Shown in pieces: positions 29,505 to 39,344 of a stretch of 64,000 bases of DNA. The stretch is taken from contig JAXMFT010000004.1 of the NCBI GenBank assembly GCA_046347635.1, positions 153,958 to 217,957 of the forward strand. Direction: 5' to 3'. Under the pieces are notes generated by a model that had not been told where the DNA came from, did no database searches, and was given only the letters and a program-made list of their open reading frames with translations. Every line of letters begins with the position of its first letter. Within the stretch, counting starts at the first letter, position 1. The position numbers and the translations under genes were made by a program. This stretch comes from Burkholderiales bacterium. Lineage in GTDB: Bacteria > Pseudomonadota > Gammaproteobacteria > Burkholderiales > SG8-39.

Positions 29505-30590
29505 ATGAAAGCCAGCATCGCCGCCAAGCTCGACCAGCTCGCCCGCCGCCTCGAGGAGCTGAACGGCTTCCTCGCCACGGAGCAGGCGACGCGCGACCTC
29601 GCCGAGTTCCGCCGGCTCTCGCGCGAGCACGCCGAGATCACCCCGATCGTGGAGCGGTTCAACCGGTACCGGGCCGCCGAGTCCGACCGCGCCGCGGCGA
29701 CCGAAATGCTCGCCGACCCGGAGATGAAGGCGTTCGCGGAGGCCGAGGCGCGCGAGGCCGCCGAGCGCATGACCGCGCTCGAGGCGGAGCTCCAGCGGCT
29801 GCTCCTGCCCAAGGACCCGAACGACGAGCGCAACATCTTCCTCGAGATCCGGGCGGGCACCGGCGGCGACGAGTCGGCGCTCTTCGCCGGCGACCTCTTC
29901 CGCATGTACTCGCGCTACGCCGAGCGCCACCGCTGGCCGGTGGAGGTGATCTCCGCGAGCCCCTCCGACCTCGGCGGCTTCCGGGAGGCGATCCTGCGCA
30001 TCGCCGGGCAGGGCGCGTACTCGCGCCTGAAGTTCGAGTCCGGCGGGCACCGCGTCCAGCGCGTGCCGGCGACCGAGACGCAGGGCCGCATCCACACTTC
30101 CGCGGCGACGGTCGCGGTGATGCCCGAGCCCGACGAGGTCGGCGACGTCGAGCTCAACCCGGCCGACCTGAAGATCGACACCTACCGCGCCTCGGGGGCG
30201 GGCGGCCAGCACGTGAACAAGACCGACTCCGCGGTCCGCATCACGCACCTGCCGACCGGCATCGTGGTCGAGTGCCAGGACGACCGCTCCCAGCACAAGA
30301 ACAAGGCGCGCGCCATGTCGCTGCTCGGCGCGCGCATCAAGGATCAGCAGCAGCGCGAGCAGCGCGCCAAGGAGGCGGCCACGCGCAAGTCGCTCGTGGG
30401 GAGCGGGGACCGGTCCGACCGCATCCGCACCTACAACTTCCCGCAGGGGCGCGTCACCGACCACCGCATCAACTTCACCCTGCACCGGATCGCCGACATC
30501 ATGGACGGCGACCTCGACGAGCTCCTCGACCAGCTCGCCGCCGAGCACCAGGCGGAGCAGCTCGCCGCGCTCGCCGAGACGGCGGCGTGA
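29505..30590 (+). CDS. prfA: Peptide chain release factor 1
   Basis: PAT-type recognition region ([13 protein letters not shown]), [16 protein letters not shown] (GGQ). Confidence 0.97.
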   Translation: MKASIAAKLDQLARRLEELNGFLATEQATRDLAEFRRLSREHAEITPIVERFNRYRAAESDRAAATEMLADPEMKAFAEAEAREAAERMTALEAELQRLLLPKDPNDERNIFLEIRAGTGGDESALFAGDLFRMYSRYAERHRWPVEVISASPSDLGGFREAILRIAGQGAYSRLKFESGGHRVQRVPATETQGRIHTSAATVAVMPEPDEVGDVELNPADLKIDTYRASGAGGQHVNKTDSAVRITHLPTGIVVECQDDRSQHKNKARAMSLLGARIKDQQQREQRAKEAATRKSLVGSGDRSDRIRTYNFPQGRVTDHRINFTLHRIADIMDGDLDELLDQLAAEHQAEQLAALAETAA

Positions 30591-31408
30591 CCGCGACCGT
30601 CGCTTCGCTCCTCGCCGCCTCCGGGCTGCCGCCGCTCGAGGCGCAGGTGCTCGCCGCGCACGCGCTCGCCACGTCTCGCGCGAGCCTCCTCGCCGACCAG
30701 GCGCGGCCGGTGAACGGCGCGGAGGCGCGCCGGATCGAGCGCCTCTTCATGCGGCGCCGCGCGGGCGAGCCGGTCGCCTACCTGACGGGCGAGCGGGAAT
30801 TCTTCGGGCTGTCCCTCGCGATCACCGCGGACGTCCTGATCCCGCGCCCGGAGACCGAGCTGCTGGTCGCGCTCGCGCTCGAGCTCGCGCCCGCGGGCGC
30901 GCGCGTGCTCGACCTGGGCACCGGCAGCGGCGCGGTGGCGGTCGCGCTCGCGCACGAGGAGCCGGACATGGAAGTGGTGGCGGTCGATGCGTCGGCCGAC
31001 GCGCTCGCGCTCGCGCGCGAGAACGCGCGGCGCCACGGCGCGACCATCCGCTTCGCCTACGGCGACTGGTTCGCCGGGCTCGGCGCGGGCGGGCGGGACG
31101 AGCGCTTCGACGTGATCGTGGCGAACCCGCCCTACGTCGCCGCGGGCGACGAGCATCTCGAGCAGGGCGACCTGCGCTTCGAGCCGCGCGCGGCGCTCGT
31201 CAGCGGCGCCGACGGGCTCGACGCGATCCGCACGATCGTGGCGCGGGCCCAGGATCACCTGCGGCCCGGCGGGTGGCTCCTGTTCGAGCACGGCTACGAC
31301 CAGGGCGAGCGCTGCCGCAGCCTGCTCGCGATGTACGGCTACGCGCAGGTGCAGACGTGGCCGGACCTCGCGGGGCTCGACCGGGTGAGCGGCGGGCGGG
31401 CGCGCTAG
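30587..31408 (+). CDS. prmC: Release-factor glutamine N5-methyltransferase
   Basis: [38 protein letters not shown] overlap with the prfA stop. Confidence 0.92.
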   Translation: MTATVASLLAASGLPPLEAQVLAAHALATSRASLLADQARPVNGAEARRIERLFMRRRAGEPVAYLTGEREFFGLSLAITADVLIPRPETELLVALALELAPAGARVLDLGTGSGAVAVALAHEEPDMEVVAVDASADALALARENARRHGATIRFAYGDWFAGLGAGGRDERFDVIVANPPYVAAGDEHLEQGDLRFEPRAALVSGADGLDAIRTIVARAQDHLRPGGWLLFEHGYDQGERCRSLLAMYGYAQVQTWPDLAGLDRVSGGRAR

Positions 31409-31785
31409 CGGGCGAGCCTGCGCTTGAGACGGGCGAGGTCGCGACCGACCGCCCGCACGGTCCGCGCCTGCATCCGGCGATAGGCCGCAAGGACTTCCGC
31501 GCCGAGCGGCGTGAGACGCGCGCCGCCCCCGGCCGGTCCGCCCTTGGCGGCCGCCACGACCGGGACGCGGAAGCAGCGGTTCATCGTGTCGACGAGCAGC
31601 CACGCGCGCTTGTAGCTCATTCCCATTCTCCGGCCGGCGGCCGCGATCGAGCCGGTCGCGGCGATGCCCTCGAGCAGGTCGGCCTTGCCCGGGCCGATCG
31701 CGACGTCGCGCCGGAGCGTGACGCGCAGGTGCACCGCAACCGGTTCGTCGGAGCGCTGCGCCTGGCGCCGGGCTGCTCTGGGCAT
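31405..31785 (-). CDS. modE: ModE-like molybdate-responsive regulator, N-terminal wHTH domain only (126 aa)
   Basis: [39 protein letters not shown]...[13 protein letters not shown]. No Mop/TOBE domain follows. Divergent from modABC. Confidence 0.8.
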   Translation of the reverse strand: MPRAARRQAQRSDEPVAVHLRVTLRRDVAIGPGKADLLEGIAATGSIAAAGRRMGMSYKRAWLLVDTMNRCFRVPVVAAAKGGPAGGGARLTPLGAEVLAAYRRMQARTVRAVGRDLARLKRRLAR

Positions 31786-31856
31786 GGCCGATTCTAGCCC
31801 CGGCGCGGGCGCGCCAAGATCGGCAGTGCCATGCATATTGCGGCCACCGTCACGGT

Positions 31857-31882
31857 CCGATATGTTCCTTTGGCCATATCGG
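31857..31882. promoter_or_regulatory. Candidate ModE operator CCGATATG-N10-CATATCGG
   Basis: Perfect 8-bp inverted repeat containing the CGnTATa.../...tATAnCG character of ModE boxes, 19 nt upstream of the modA ATG. Confidence 0.5.
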
Positions 31883-31900
31883 TCTAGAATGGAGGTCTCC

Positions 31901-32680
31901 ATGAACTTCAGCAACGCACTCGCGCGCGCCCTGCTGCTCGCCGCCGCGCTCGGCGCCGGCGGCGCCCGGGGCGCCGAGGCCCCCAACGTCGCGGTCGCGG
32001 CGAACCTGAACTTCGCCATGCCGGAGATCGCCGCCGCGTTCAAGCAGAAGACCGGGCGCGAGGTCAAGCTCGCGTTCGGCGCCTCGGGCAACTTCTCGCG
32101 CCAGATCCGCGCCGGCGCGCCGTTCGAGCTCTTCCTCTCGGCCGACGAGTCGAACGTGAAGGCGCTCGCCGACGCCGGCGTGACCGTCGACGGCGGCAGC
32201 GTCTACGCGATCGGCCGGCTCGCGCTCTTTGCGCCGAACGCGTCGGCGGTGCAGGTCGACGCGGCGCTCGTCGGTCTCGCCGCGGCGGTGCGCACCGGCG
32301 CCGCAAAGCGGGTCGCGATCGCGAACCCGGAGCTCGCGCCGTACGGCGTCGCGGCGCGCGAGGCGCTGCGGCGCAAGGGCCTCTGGGACGCGCTGCAGGG
32401 CCGCATCGTGTTCGGGGAGAACGTGAACCAGACCGCGCAGTTCGCGCTCGCCGGGGGCATCGACGCGGCGTTCCTCCCGCACTCGATCGTCGTCGCGCCG
32501 AGCTTCGCCGGCAAGGGCCGCGCGGCGCTGCTGCCCGAAGCGCTGCACGATCCGATCGTCCAGCGGATGGTGCTCGTCAAGGGGGCGGGCGACACGGCGC
32601 GCGGGCTCTACGCGTTCATGACCGGCCCCGAGGCGCGCGCCATCCTGGAGCGCTACGGCTTCGGCCCGCCCGGGCAGTAG
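31901..32680 (+). CDS. modA: Molybdate ABC transporter substrate-binding protein
   Basis: Signal peptide, then VAVAANLNFAMPEIAAAFKQKTGREVKLAFGASGNFSRQI...FLSAD. SD GGAGG. Confidence 0.93.
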   Translation: MNFSNALARALLLAAALGAGGARGAEAPNVAVAANLNFAMPEIAAAFKQKTGREVKLAFGASGNFSRQIRAGAPFELFLSADESNVKALADAGVTVDGGSVYAIGRLALFAPNASAVQVDAALVGLAAAVRTGAAKRVAIANPELAPYGVAAREALRRKGLWDALQGRIVFGENVNQTAQFALAGGIDAAFLPHSIVVAPSFAGKGRAALLPEALHDPIVQRMVLVKGAGDTARGLYAFMTGPEARAILERYGFGPPGQ

Positions 32681-32687
32681 CCCCGGC

Positions 32688-33353
32688 ATGGACGGCCAGG
32701 CGCTCGCGCTCTCGCTCCAGCTCGCGGTCGGCACCGCGCTCGTGCTCCTGCCGCTCGCCGTCCTGGCCGGCCGCGCGCTCGCCTGGCGCCGCTTCGCGGG
32801 CAAGCCGGCGCTCGAGGCGATCCTCGCGCTGCCGCTCGTGCTGCCGCCGACCGTGCTCGGCTACTACCTGCTGGTGAGCTTCGCGCCGACCTCGGCGCTC
32901 GGCGCGCTCTACCAGTCGGTCTTCGGCAGCACGCTCGCGTTCAGCTTCGAGGGTCTGCTGGCCGCGTCGGTGATCGCGAACATCCCGTTCGCCGTGCAGC
33001 CCGCGCAGCGCGGCTTCGAGTCGATCGCGACCGAGGTGCGCGAGGCGGCGTGGCTGTGCGGCATGTCGCCGTGGCGCGCCTTCCTGCGCGTCGAGCTCCC
33101 GCTCGCGTGGCCCGGCCTGCTCACCGCGCTCGTGCTCACGTTCGCGCACACGCTGGGCGAGTTCGGCGTCGTGCTGATGGTCGGGGGCAACATCCCGGGC
33201 GAGACGCGCACGGCCGCGATCGCGATCTACGATCGCGCCCAGGCCCTCGACGAGCGCGCGGCGGGCGTGATGGCGGCGACGCTGCTCGCGCTCTCGTTCG
33301 TCGCGATCGCGATCGTCTACTGGCTCGACCGCGCGCGGCGGCCGCATGGCTAG
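32688..33353 (+). CDS. modB: Molybdate ABC transporter permease
   Basis: LPLVLPPTVLGYYLL..., EAAWLCGMSPWRAFLRVELPLAWPG (EAA loop). Confidence 0.93.
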   Translation: MDGQALALSLQLAVGTALVLLPLAVLAGRALAWRRFAGKPALEAILALPLVLPPTVLGYYLLVSFAPTSALGALYQSVFGSTLAFSFEGLLAASVIANIPFAVQPAQRGFESIATEVREAAWLCGMSPWRAFLRVELPLAWPGLLTALVLTFAHTLGEFGVVLMVGGNIPGETRTAAIAIYDRAQALDERAAGVMAATLLALSFVAIAIVYWLDRARRPHG

Positions 33354-34512
33354 CGCGGGCCTGCACGTCGCGCTGCGGCAGGCGGCGCCGATCCCGCTCG
33401 ACGCGCGGTTCGAGTGCGGGCCGGGCGAGCTGCTCGCGCTCGTCGGACCCTCGGGCAGCGGCAAGACGACGATCCTGCGCGCGATCGCAGGCCTCGTGCG
33501 GCCGCGCTCGGGCGAGGTGCGCTGCAACGGCGCGACCTGGATGGACGGGCGCGCGTTCACGCCGCCGCAGGCGCGCCACGTCGGCCTCGTGTTCCAGCAC
33601 TACGCGCTGTTCCCGCACATGACCGCGAGCGGCAACGTCGAGGCCGCGCTGCCGGTCGCCCTCGCGCGCTCGGCGCGCGCGGAGGCCGCGCGCGAGCTGC
33701 TCGAGTTCGTCCACCTCGGCGGGCTCGGGGACCGGCGCCCGCGCGAGCTGTCGGGCGGGCAGCAGCAGCGCGTCGCCCTGGCGCGGGCGCTCGCGCGCGA
33801 CCCGCAGGTGCTGCTGCTCGACGAGCCGTTCTCGGCCGTGGACCAGGTGACGCGCAGGCGGCTGCAGCACGAGCTCGCGCAGATGCGCCAGCGCCTGCGC
33901 ATCCCGATCGTGCTGGTGACGCACGACCTCGAGGAGGCCGCCGCGCTCGCCGACCGCATGGTCGTCCTGCACCGCGGCGCGACGCTGCAGTCGGGTCCGC
34001 CGCTCGAGGTGCTGGCGCGGCCGCGCGACGCGCTGGTCGCGCGCCTGGTGGATTTCCGCAACCTCTATCACGGCGAGGTGGTCGCGCACGATCCGGCGGC
34101 GGGCACGACGCGCCTGCGCTGGGGGCGCTACGAGCTCGAGGCGTCGCACCAGCCCGCGTACGCGGCCGGCGCGCGCATCTGCTGGGGCATCCAGCCGGCG
34201 CACTGCGTGCTGCACCGGCGCGACCGGCCCTCCCGCGGGGAGCGCGAGAACCCGGTGAGCGGCGTCGTCGGCGAGTACCTCCCCTTCGGCGAGAATGCCG
34301 CGGTCACCCTCTGGGTCGACGGGCGCCCCGGGGTCGAGCTGCGCTTCTCGGTCCCGACCCACGTGGCGGCCCGCAACGGCCTCGCCCAGGGCGTGGAGGC
34401 GCGCGTGTCCCTGCTGCGCGAGGCGCTCCACTTCATGCCTTACGCGCCGCTGGAGCGGCCCCAGGGAGCCCCGGAGGAAGCGGTCGTTGACCCCGCCCGG
34501 GCAGCCGGCTAG
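33346..34512 (+). CDS. modC: Molybdate ABC transporter ATP-binding protein with C-terminal TOBE-like domain
   Basis: GPSGSGKTT, LSGGQQQRVALARAL, LLLDEPFSAVD. C-terminal beta-rich domain. Confidence 0.9.
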   Translation: MASAGLHVALRQAAPIPLDARFECGPGELLALVGPSGSGKTTILRAIAGLVRPRSGEVRCNGATWMDGRAFTPPQARHVGLVFQHYALFPHMTASGNVEAALPVALARSARAEAARELLEFVHLGGLGDRRPRELSGGQQQRVALARALARDPQVLLLDEPFSAVDQVTRRRLQHELAQMRQRLRIPIVLVTHDLEEAAALADRMVVLHRGATLQSGPPLEVLARPRDALVARLVDFRNLYHGEVVAHDPAAGTTRLRWGRYELEASHQPAYAAGARICWGIQPAHCVLHRRDRPSRGERENPVSGVVGEYLPFGENAAVTLWVDGRPGVELRFSVPTHVAARNGLAQGVEARVSLLREALHFMPYAPLERPQGAPEEAVVDPARAAG

Positions 34513-34553
34513 AATTCAATCCCGACAAATTTTGTCAGGTATAAGGACTGCCT

Positions 34554-34871
34554 ATGGACGCGCAACAGACGATCAAGCAGCAGGTGACCTCGAACCCGGT
34601 CGTGCTGTACATGAAGGGCACGCCCCATTTTCCGCAGTGCGGCTTCTCCGCCATGGCGGTGCAGATCCTGCGCGCGTGCGGCGTCGAGGAGTTCTTCAGC
34701 GTGAACGTGCTCGACGAGCCGGAGATCCGCAACGGGGTCAAGGAGTACGCCAACTGGCCCACGATCCCGCAGCTCTACGTGAACGGCGAGTTCGTCGGCG
34801 GCTCGGACATCATGCGCGAGATGTACGAGTCGGGCGAGCTGCAGAAGGTGCTCGCGAAGCAGGCGGCCTGA
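34554..34871 (+). CDS. grxD: Monothiol glutaredoxin (Grx4 family)
   Basis: VVLYMKGTPHFPQCGFS (CGFS active site), WPTIPQLYVNGEFVGGSDI. Confidence 0.96.
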   Translation: MDAQQTIKQQVTSNPVVLYMKGTPHFPQCGFSAMAVQILRACGVEEFFSVNVLDEPEIRNGVKEYANWPTIPQLYVNGEFVGGSDIMREMYESGELQKVLAKQAA

Positions 34872-34891
34872 GGTCGCGGCGTCCGCGTCCG

Positions 34892-34920
34892 AGAAGGCGC
34901 CTGCGGGCGCCTTTTCTTCT
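34892..34920 (+). terminator. Rho-independent terminator after grxD
   Basis: AGAAGGCGCC-TGCG-GGCGCCTTTT followed by CTTCT. Confidence 0.75.
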
Positions 34921-34939
34921 GCGCGGCCGAGGCTCGCGA

Positions 34940-35467
34940 CTACAGGCCGAGCACGAGGCAGGTCGTCGTCCCGTGGGCGTAGAGCTTGCCGTCCGCGCCC
35001 ACGATGCGCCCCTCGGCCGTCACGATCGTGCGGCCGGCGTTGACCACGCGCCCCTCCGCGCGCACCGGCCCGGTCTCGCTCGAGAGCGGCCGCACCAGGT
35101 TCACCTTCAGCTCGACGGTCGTGTAGCCCTGGCCCGCCGCGAGCGTGCTCTGGGCCGCGCAGCCCATGCAGGAGTCGAGCAGGGTGCACGCCCAGCCGCC
35201 GTGCACCGAGCCGATCGGGTTGTAGAACTCGTGCCGCGCCTCGCCCATGAAGACCGCGTGGCCCCGGGTCGCCTCGACGAGGAAGAAGTCGAGCGTGTCG
35301 CTCATGGGCGGGTGCGGCAGCCGGCCGTCGGCGATCGCGCGCAGGAACTCGAGCCCGCTCATCGAGCGGATCGTCTCCACCGTGCTCACGCCGGCCGCGC
35401 TCGTGCGCCCCGGCGCGCGCGCGATCAGCGCGCGCCACGCTTCGCGCGTCGACTCGGTCTTCGTCAT
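34940..35467 (-). CDS. PaaI/hotdog-fold thioesterase
   Basis: NPIGSVHGGWACTLLDSCMGCA...VELKVNLVRP...GRTIVTAEGRI. ATGA overlap with the upstream gene. Confidence 0.85.
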   Translation of the reverse strand: MTKTESTREAWRALIARAPGRTSAAGVSTVETIRSMSGLEFLRAIADGRLPHPPMSDTLDFFLVEATRGHAVFMGEARHEFYNPIGSVHGGWACTLLDSCMGCAAQSTLAAGQGYTTVELKVNLVRPLSSETGPVRAEGRVVNAGRTIVTAEGRIVGADGKLYAHGTTTCLVLGL

Positions 35468-36378
35468 CGCTCCTTCTCCGTCGGGTCCACGGGCTCCAGC
35501 AGCCGCGCCATCATCCGCTCGGCCTGCGGCAGGTACCCCCCGCCGAACAGGTTGAGGTGGTTGAGGACGTGGTACAGGTTGTACAGGACGCGCCGCCGCC
35601 GGTAGCCGGCCGCGATCGCGCGCACTTCCCGGTAGCCCTCGTAGAAGCTCTCCGGGAACCCGCCGAAGAGCTCGGTCAGCGCGAGGTCGGCTTCGGCGTC
35701 GCCATAATAAACCGCGGGGTCGAACACCACCGGGGTGCCGGCGCGGAGGAAGGCCGCGTTCCCGCACCACAGGTCGCCGTGCAGCAGCGCCGGCGCGGCG
35801 TCGTGCCCGTCGAGCAGCCGCGGCACCGCGGCGAGCACCTGCGCCCCGAGCGCCTGCAGCCGGCCGTCGTGCCCGTTGGCGCGCGCGCGCTCGAGCTGCG
35901 GGGCGAGGCGCCGCGTCTGCCAGAACTCCGGCCACGACGCGCTCGGCGCGTTCGGCTGGGGCGTGAGGCCGATGAAGTTGTCGCGCGCCCAGCCGAAGTG
36001 CGGCCCGCGCTGCGCGTGCTGGCGCGCGAGCCGGCGCCCGAGCTCGCGGTGCGCCGCCGCCGTGCCCGCGCCGAGCGCCAGGTGCTCGAGCACCAGGAAC
36101 GCGCGCCCCGCGGCCTCGCCCTGCGCGACCGGCCGGGGCACGCGCATTCCCGCCGCGGCGAGCGCGACGAGGCCGTCCACCTCGGCCGCGAACGTCGGGG
36201 CGAAGGGCGGGTCGTTCAGCTTCGCGAAGTAGCGCGCGTCGTCCGGGCCTTCCAGCGCGAGCGCCTGGTGGATGCAGCCGCCGCCGACGGGCGCCGCACG
36301 CACGAGGCGAAAGGGCGTGCCGGTCGCGCGGGAGACCGCGGCGGCGAGCGCCGCGGCGAGCGCGGGCGGGAGCGTCAC
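35464..36378 (-). CDS. Fructosamine/ketosamine-3-kinase family protein (YniA-like)
   Basis: GGGCIHQA, FAKLN, FGW..DNFIGLTPQPN, LLHGDLWCGNAAF, DPAVYYGDAEADLA. GTGA overlap with the kinase stop. Confidence 0.88.
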   Translation of the reverse strand: MTLPPALAAALAAAVSRATGTPFRLVRAAPVGGGCIHQALALEGPDDARYFAKLNDPPFAPTFAAEVDGLVALAAAGMRVPRPVAQGEAAGRAFLVLEHLALGAGTAAAHRELGRRLARQHAQRGPHFGWARDNFIGLTPQPNAPSASWPEFWQTRRLAPQLERARANGHDGRLQALGAQVLAAVPRLLDGHDAAPALLHGDLWCGNAAFLRAGTPVVFDPAVYYGDAEADLALTELFGGFPESFYEGYREVRAIAAGYRRRRVLYNLYHVLNHLNLFGGGYLPQAERMMARLLEPVDPTEKER

Positions 36379-37694
36379 ACCGCCGAGAGGCGGTTGTTGG
36401 CCATCGTCAGGCGCTCGACCAGGATCGCCATGAACGCGCGGTCGAAGCGGTGCTGGCAGGCGTCGGAGGCGTGCGCGAGGTCGTCGCATCGGATCGTGAT
36501 GACCCGCGACGGGGCGAGCGTCACCACGTCGGCGGTGCGCTCGTTGGTCTGGCGCGAGATGTAGGCCATCTCGCCGAAGCACTCGCCGGCGCTGAGGATG
36601 TTCAGCAGCTTCTGGCGCTTGGTGACCTTGACCTCGCCGGAGGCGAGCATGCAGAAGAAGTCGCCCGGGTCGCCGGCGCGGATGATCGGGGTCCCGGGCT
36701 CGGCGTCGCGCCACGAGCTGATGCGCAGCACCTCCCACAGCTCGGCGTCGGTGAAGTCGCGGAAGAACTCCATCGCGCGCAGCGTATTGAACTTCTCGGA
36801 GTCGGCGACCTCCTCGGTCGGGCGGCGCACCGCCTCCGAGCTCAGCACCTCGGCGAGGTCGAGCGAGAACTCGTCCCAGGTCTGGTAGCGGCGCTCGAGG
36901 TCCTTCTCCATCGCCCTGCGCACGATGCGGTCGAGCGCGGGCGGGACCTCCTTGCGGTGCGCGGAGGCGAGCGGCGGATCGACCGAGGTGATCTGGTACA
37001 TCATGCTGAAGTTGTTGCGGGCGTTGAAGGGCAGCACGCCGGAGAGCAGCTGGTACATGACGACGCCGAGCGAGTAGATGTCGGTGCGGTGGTCGAGCGG
37101 CAGCTCCTTTACCTGCTGCGGCGACATGTACGCGGGCGAGCCGACGCCGGTGACCTGCGTCGTGTCGCCGGTCGACATGATGGCCGAGCCGAAGTCGGTG
37201 ATCTTGATCTCGGTGTCGCCGGAGAGCAGGATGTTCGCCGGCTTGATGTCGCGGTGCGTGACCCCGAGCTTGTGCGCGAAGTCGAGCGCGCGCGTGCACT
37301 TGAAGACGATCTCCACGATCTTGTCGAGCGGCAGGAGGTTCTCCGGCACGCAGAACTGCTCCAGCGTGCCGCCGGGCACGTACTCGACGACGATGTAGGA
37401 CAGCTTCTCGCCCACCACCGCGTCGTAGATCTGGGCGATGTGCGGGTGCGCGAGCTTGCCGGCGAGCGAGGCCTCGGTGACGAACAGCTTGCGGTAGAGC
37501 TTGCCGCCCTGCGGGTCGTTGAGGCGCTCCTGGTAGACGATCTTCACCGCGACGTCGCGGCTCGCGAACTCGTCGTGGCAGAGGTACACCTCGCTCGTCG
37601 CGCCCTCGCCGAGCTTGCGCAGGACCTGGTACTTGCCGATGCGGTCCGGGGCGGGCGCGGCCGTGGCGTGCTCGAGGATCGCGGTCGCTTCCAT
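36375..37694 (-). CDS. Hanks-type Ser/Thr protein kinase fused to a C-terminal cyclic-nucleotide-binding domain
   Basis: GEGATSEVY, VAVK, HRDIKPANILL, DFGSA. C-terminal FFRDFTDAELWEV...GECFGEMAYISRQTNERTADVV. Confidence 0.88.
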   Translation of the reverse strand: MEATAILEHATAAPAPDRIGKYQVLRKLGEGATSEVYLCHDEFASRDVAVKIVYQERLNDPQGGKLYRKLFVTEASLAGKLAHPHIAQIYDAVVGEKLSYIVVEYVPGGTLEQFCVPENLLPLDKIVEIVFKCTRALDFAHKLGVTHRDIKPANILLSGDTEIKITDFGSAIMSTGDTTQVTGVGSPAYMSPQQVKELPLDHRTDIYSLGVVMYQLLSGVLPFNARNNFSMMYQITSVDPPLASAHRKEVPPALDRIVRRAMEKDLERRYQTWDEFSLDLAEVLSSEAVRRPTEEVADSEKFNTLRAMEFFRDFTDAELWEVLRISSWRDAEPGTPIIRAGDPGDFFCMLASGEVKVTKRQKLLNILSAGECFGEMAYISRQTNERTADVVTLAPSRVITIRCDDLAHASDACQHRFDRAFMAILVERLTMANNRLSAV

Positions 37695-37833
37695 GGTCCG
37701 GCGAGTGTGGGCCGGGGCGGCCGGCGGTTCAAGCGCGCCGTGCCCCGCGATTGGGAAAGTTCCGCACGACGCGTGCAACGCCGCCGCGCAGGCGGGGACG
37801 AGGGCGCGCGGAGGCCGCGCCCGCGCGGGGCAG

Positions 37834-39237
37834 CTAGTCCGCGAGCTCCGCCCGGGCGCGCGCGACGGCCGCCCGCACCTGCTCCGGGGCGGTGCCGCCG
37901 GGGTGGTTCCGGCTCGCGAGCGACCCCTCGACGGTCAGCACCGTGAATACGTCCTCCCCGGCCTGGGGGGCGAACTGCCGCAGCACCGGCAGGGGCAGGC
38001 CAGCGAGGTCGACCCCGGTTCGATCGGCCTCGCGCACGGCGCGCGCGACCGCCTCGTGCGCGTCGCGGAAGGGCACGCCCTTCTTCACCAGGTAGTCGGC
38101 GAGATCGGTCGCCGTGGCGAAGCCCTCGGCCGCGGCCGCGCGCATCGCCGCCGCGTCGACCTCGATGCCCGGCACCAGCGCGGCGAAGAGCGCGAGCGTG
38201 TCGACGAGCGTGTCGACGGTGTCGAAGAGCGGCTCCTTGTCCTCCTGGTTGTCCTTGTTGTAGGCGAGCGGCTGGCCTTTCATCAGCGTGAGCAGCGCCA
38301 CCAGGTGGCCGAACACGCGTCCCGCCTTCCCGCGCGCGAGCTCCGGCACGTCGGGGTTCTTCTTCTGCGGCATGATCGACGAGCCGGTGCAGAAGCGGTC
38401 GGGCAGGCGCACGAAGCCGAAGCGCGGGCTCATCCACAGCACGAGCTCCTCGCAGAAGCGCGAGAGGTGCACCATGAGGATCGACGCGCCGGCGCAGAAC
38501 TCGAGCGCGAAGTCGCGGTCGCTCACCGCGTCGAGCGAGTTCGCGCACAGGCCGTCGAAGCCGAGCTCGCGCGCCACCCGCGCGCGGTCGATCGGGTAGG
38601 TGGTGCCGGCGAGCGCTGCGGCGCCGAGCGGCAGCAGGTTCGCGCGCCGCCGGCAGTCGGCGAACCGCGCGCGGTCGCGCTTGAGCATCTCGTAGTAGGC
38701 CATCAGGTGATGGCCGAACGTCACCGGCTGCGCGACCTGCAGGTGCGTGAAGCCGGGCATCGCGGTCGCGGCGTGCTGGTCGGCGAGCTCCACCAGCGCG
38801 CGCTGCATCGCGCGCGCCTGCGCGTCGACCTCGTCGATCGCCGCGCGCAGGTACAGCCGCACGTCGGTCGCCACCTGGTCGTTGCGCGAGCGCGCGGTGT
38901 GCAGGCGCTTGCCGGCCTCGCCCACGAGCGCGGTGAGCCGCCGCTCGATGTTGAGGTGCACGTCCTCGGCCGCGAGCGCCCATTCGAAGCGGCCGGAGCG
39001 GATCTCCTCGCCGATCGTCGCCATCCCGCGCTCGATGTCGGCGAGATCCTGCGCCGCGATCACGCCGCAGGCCGCGAGCATGCGCGCGTGGGCGAGCGAC
39101 GCCGCGATGTCGAACGCGGCGAGCCGCCGGTCGAAGCCGACCGACGCGGTGTACCGCAGCACGCGCTCGTCGAGGCCCTCGGCGAAACGGCCCGACCACT
39201 TGGGCGCGGTGTGACCCTTTTCCTCAGGCTCCGGCAT
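37834..39237 (-). CDS. argH: Argininosuccinate lyase
   Basis: [20 protein letters not shown]..., [16 protein letters not shown] signature. Confidence 0.97.
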   Translation of the reverse strand: MPEPEEKGHTAPKWSGRFAEGLDERVLRYTASVGFDRRLAAFDIAASLAHARMLAACGVIAAQDLADIERGMATIGEEIRSGRFEWALAAEDVHLNIERRLTALVGEAGKRLHTARSRNDQVATDVRLYLRAAIDEVDAQARAMQRALVELADQHAATAMPGFTHLQVAQPVTFGHHLMAYYEMLKRDRARFADCRRRANLLPLGAAALAGTTYPIDRARVARELGFDGLCANSLDAVSDRDFALEFCAGASILMVHLSRFCEELVLWMSPRFGFVRLPDRFCTGSSIMPQKKNPDVPELARGKAGRVFGHLVALLTLMKGQPLAYNKDNQEDKEPLFDTVDTLVDTLALFAALVPGIEVDAAAMRAAAAEGFATATDLADYLVKKGVPFRDAHEAVARAVREADRTGVDLAGLPLPVLRQFAPQAGEDVFTVLTVEGSLASRNHPGGTAPEQVRAAVARARAELAD

Positions 39238-39344
39238 GGCGGCTTGTCAATCTCGGCTGGCGGCTTGAGAATCGCCCGCAAAACAACGCCTTATCGCGTT
39301 GCCCCGGCGGGTATGATGGCGGCGCCATTCTAGCAGCGTGAGGC

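Noticed and set aside
31885-31890. TAGAAT as the modA -10 box. Similar CTAGAAT strings occur near 34509, 41614 and 51813.
   Set aside because: At modA it lies only 10 nt before the ATG and upstream of the GGAGG Shine-Dalgarno, so a transcript started there would lack the RBS. The recurring TAGAAT strings are probably real -10-like elements in some cases, but I cannot assign them individually.
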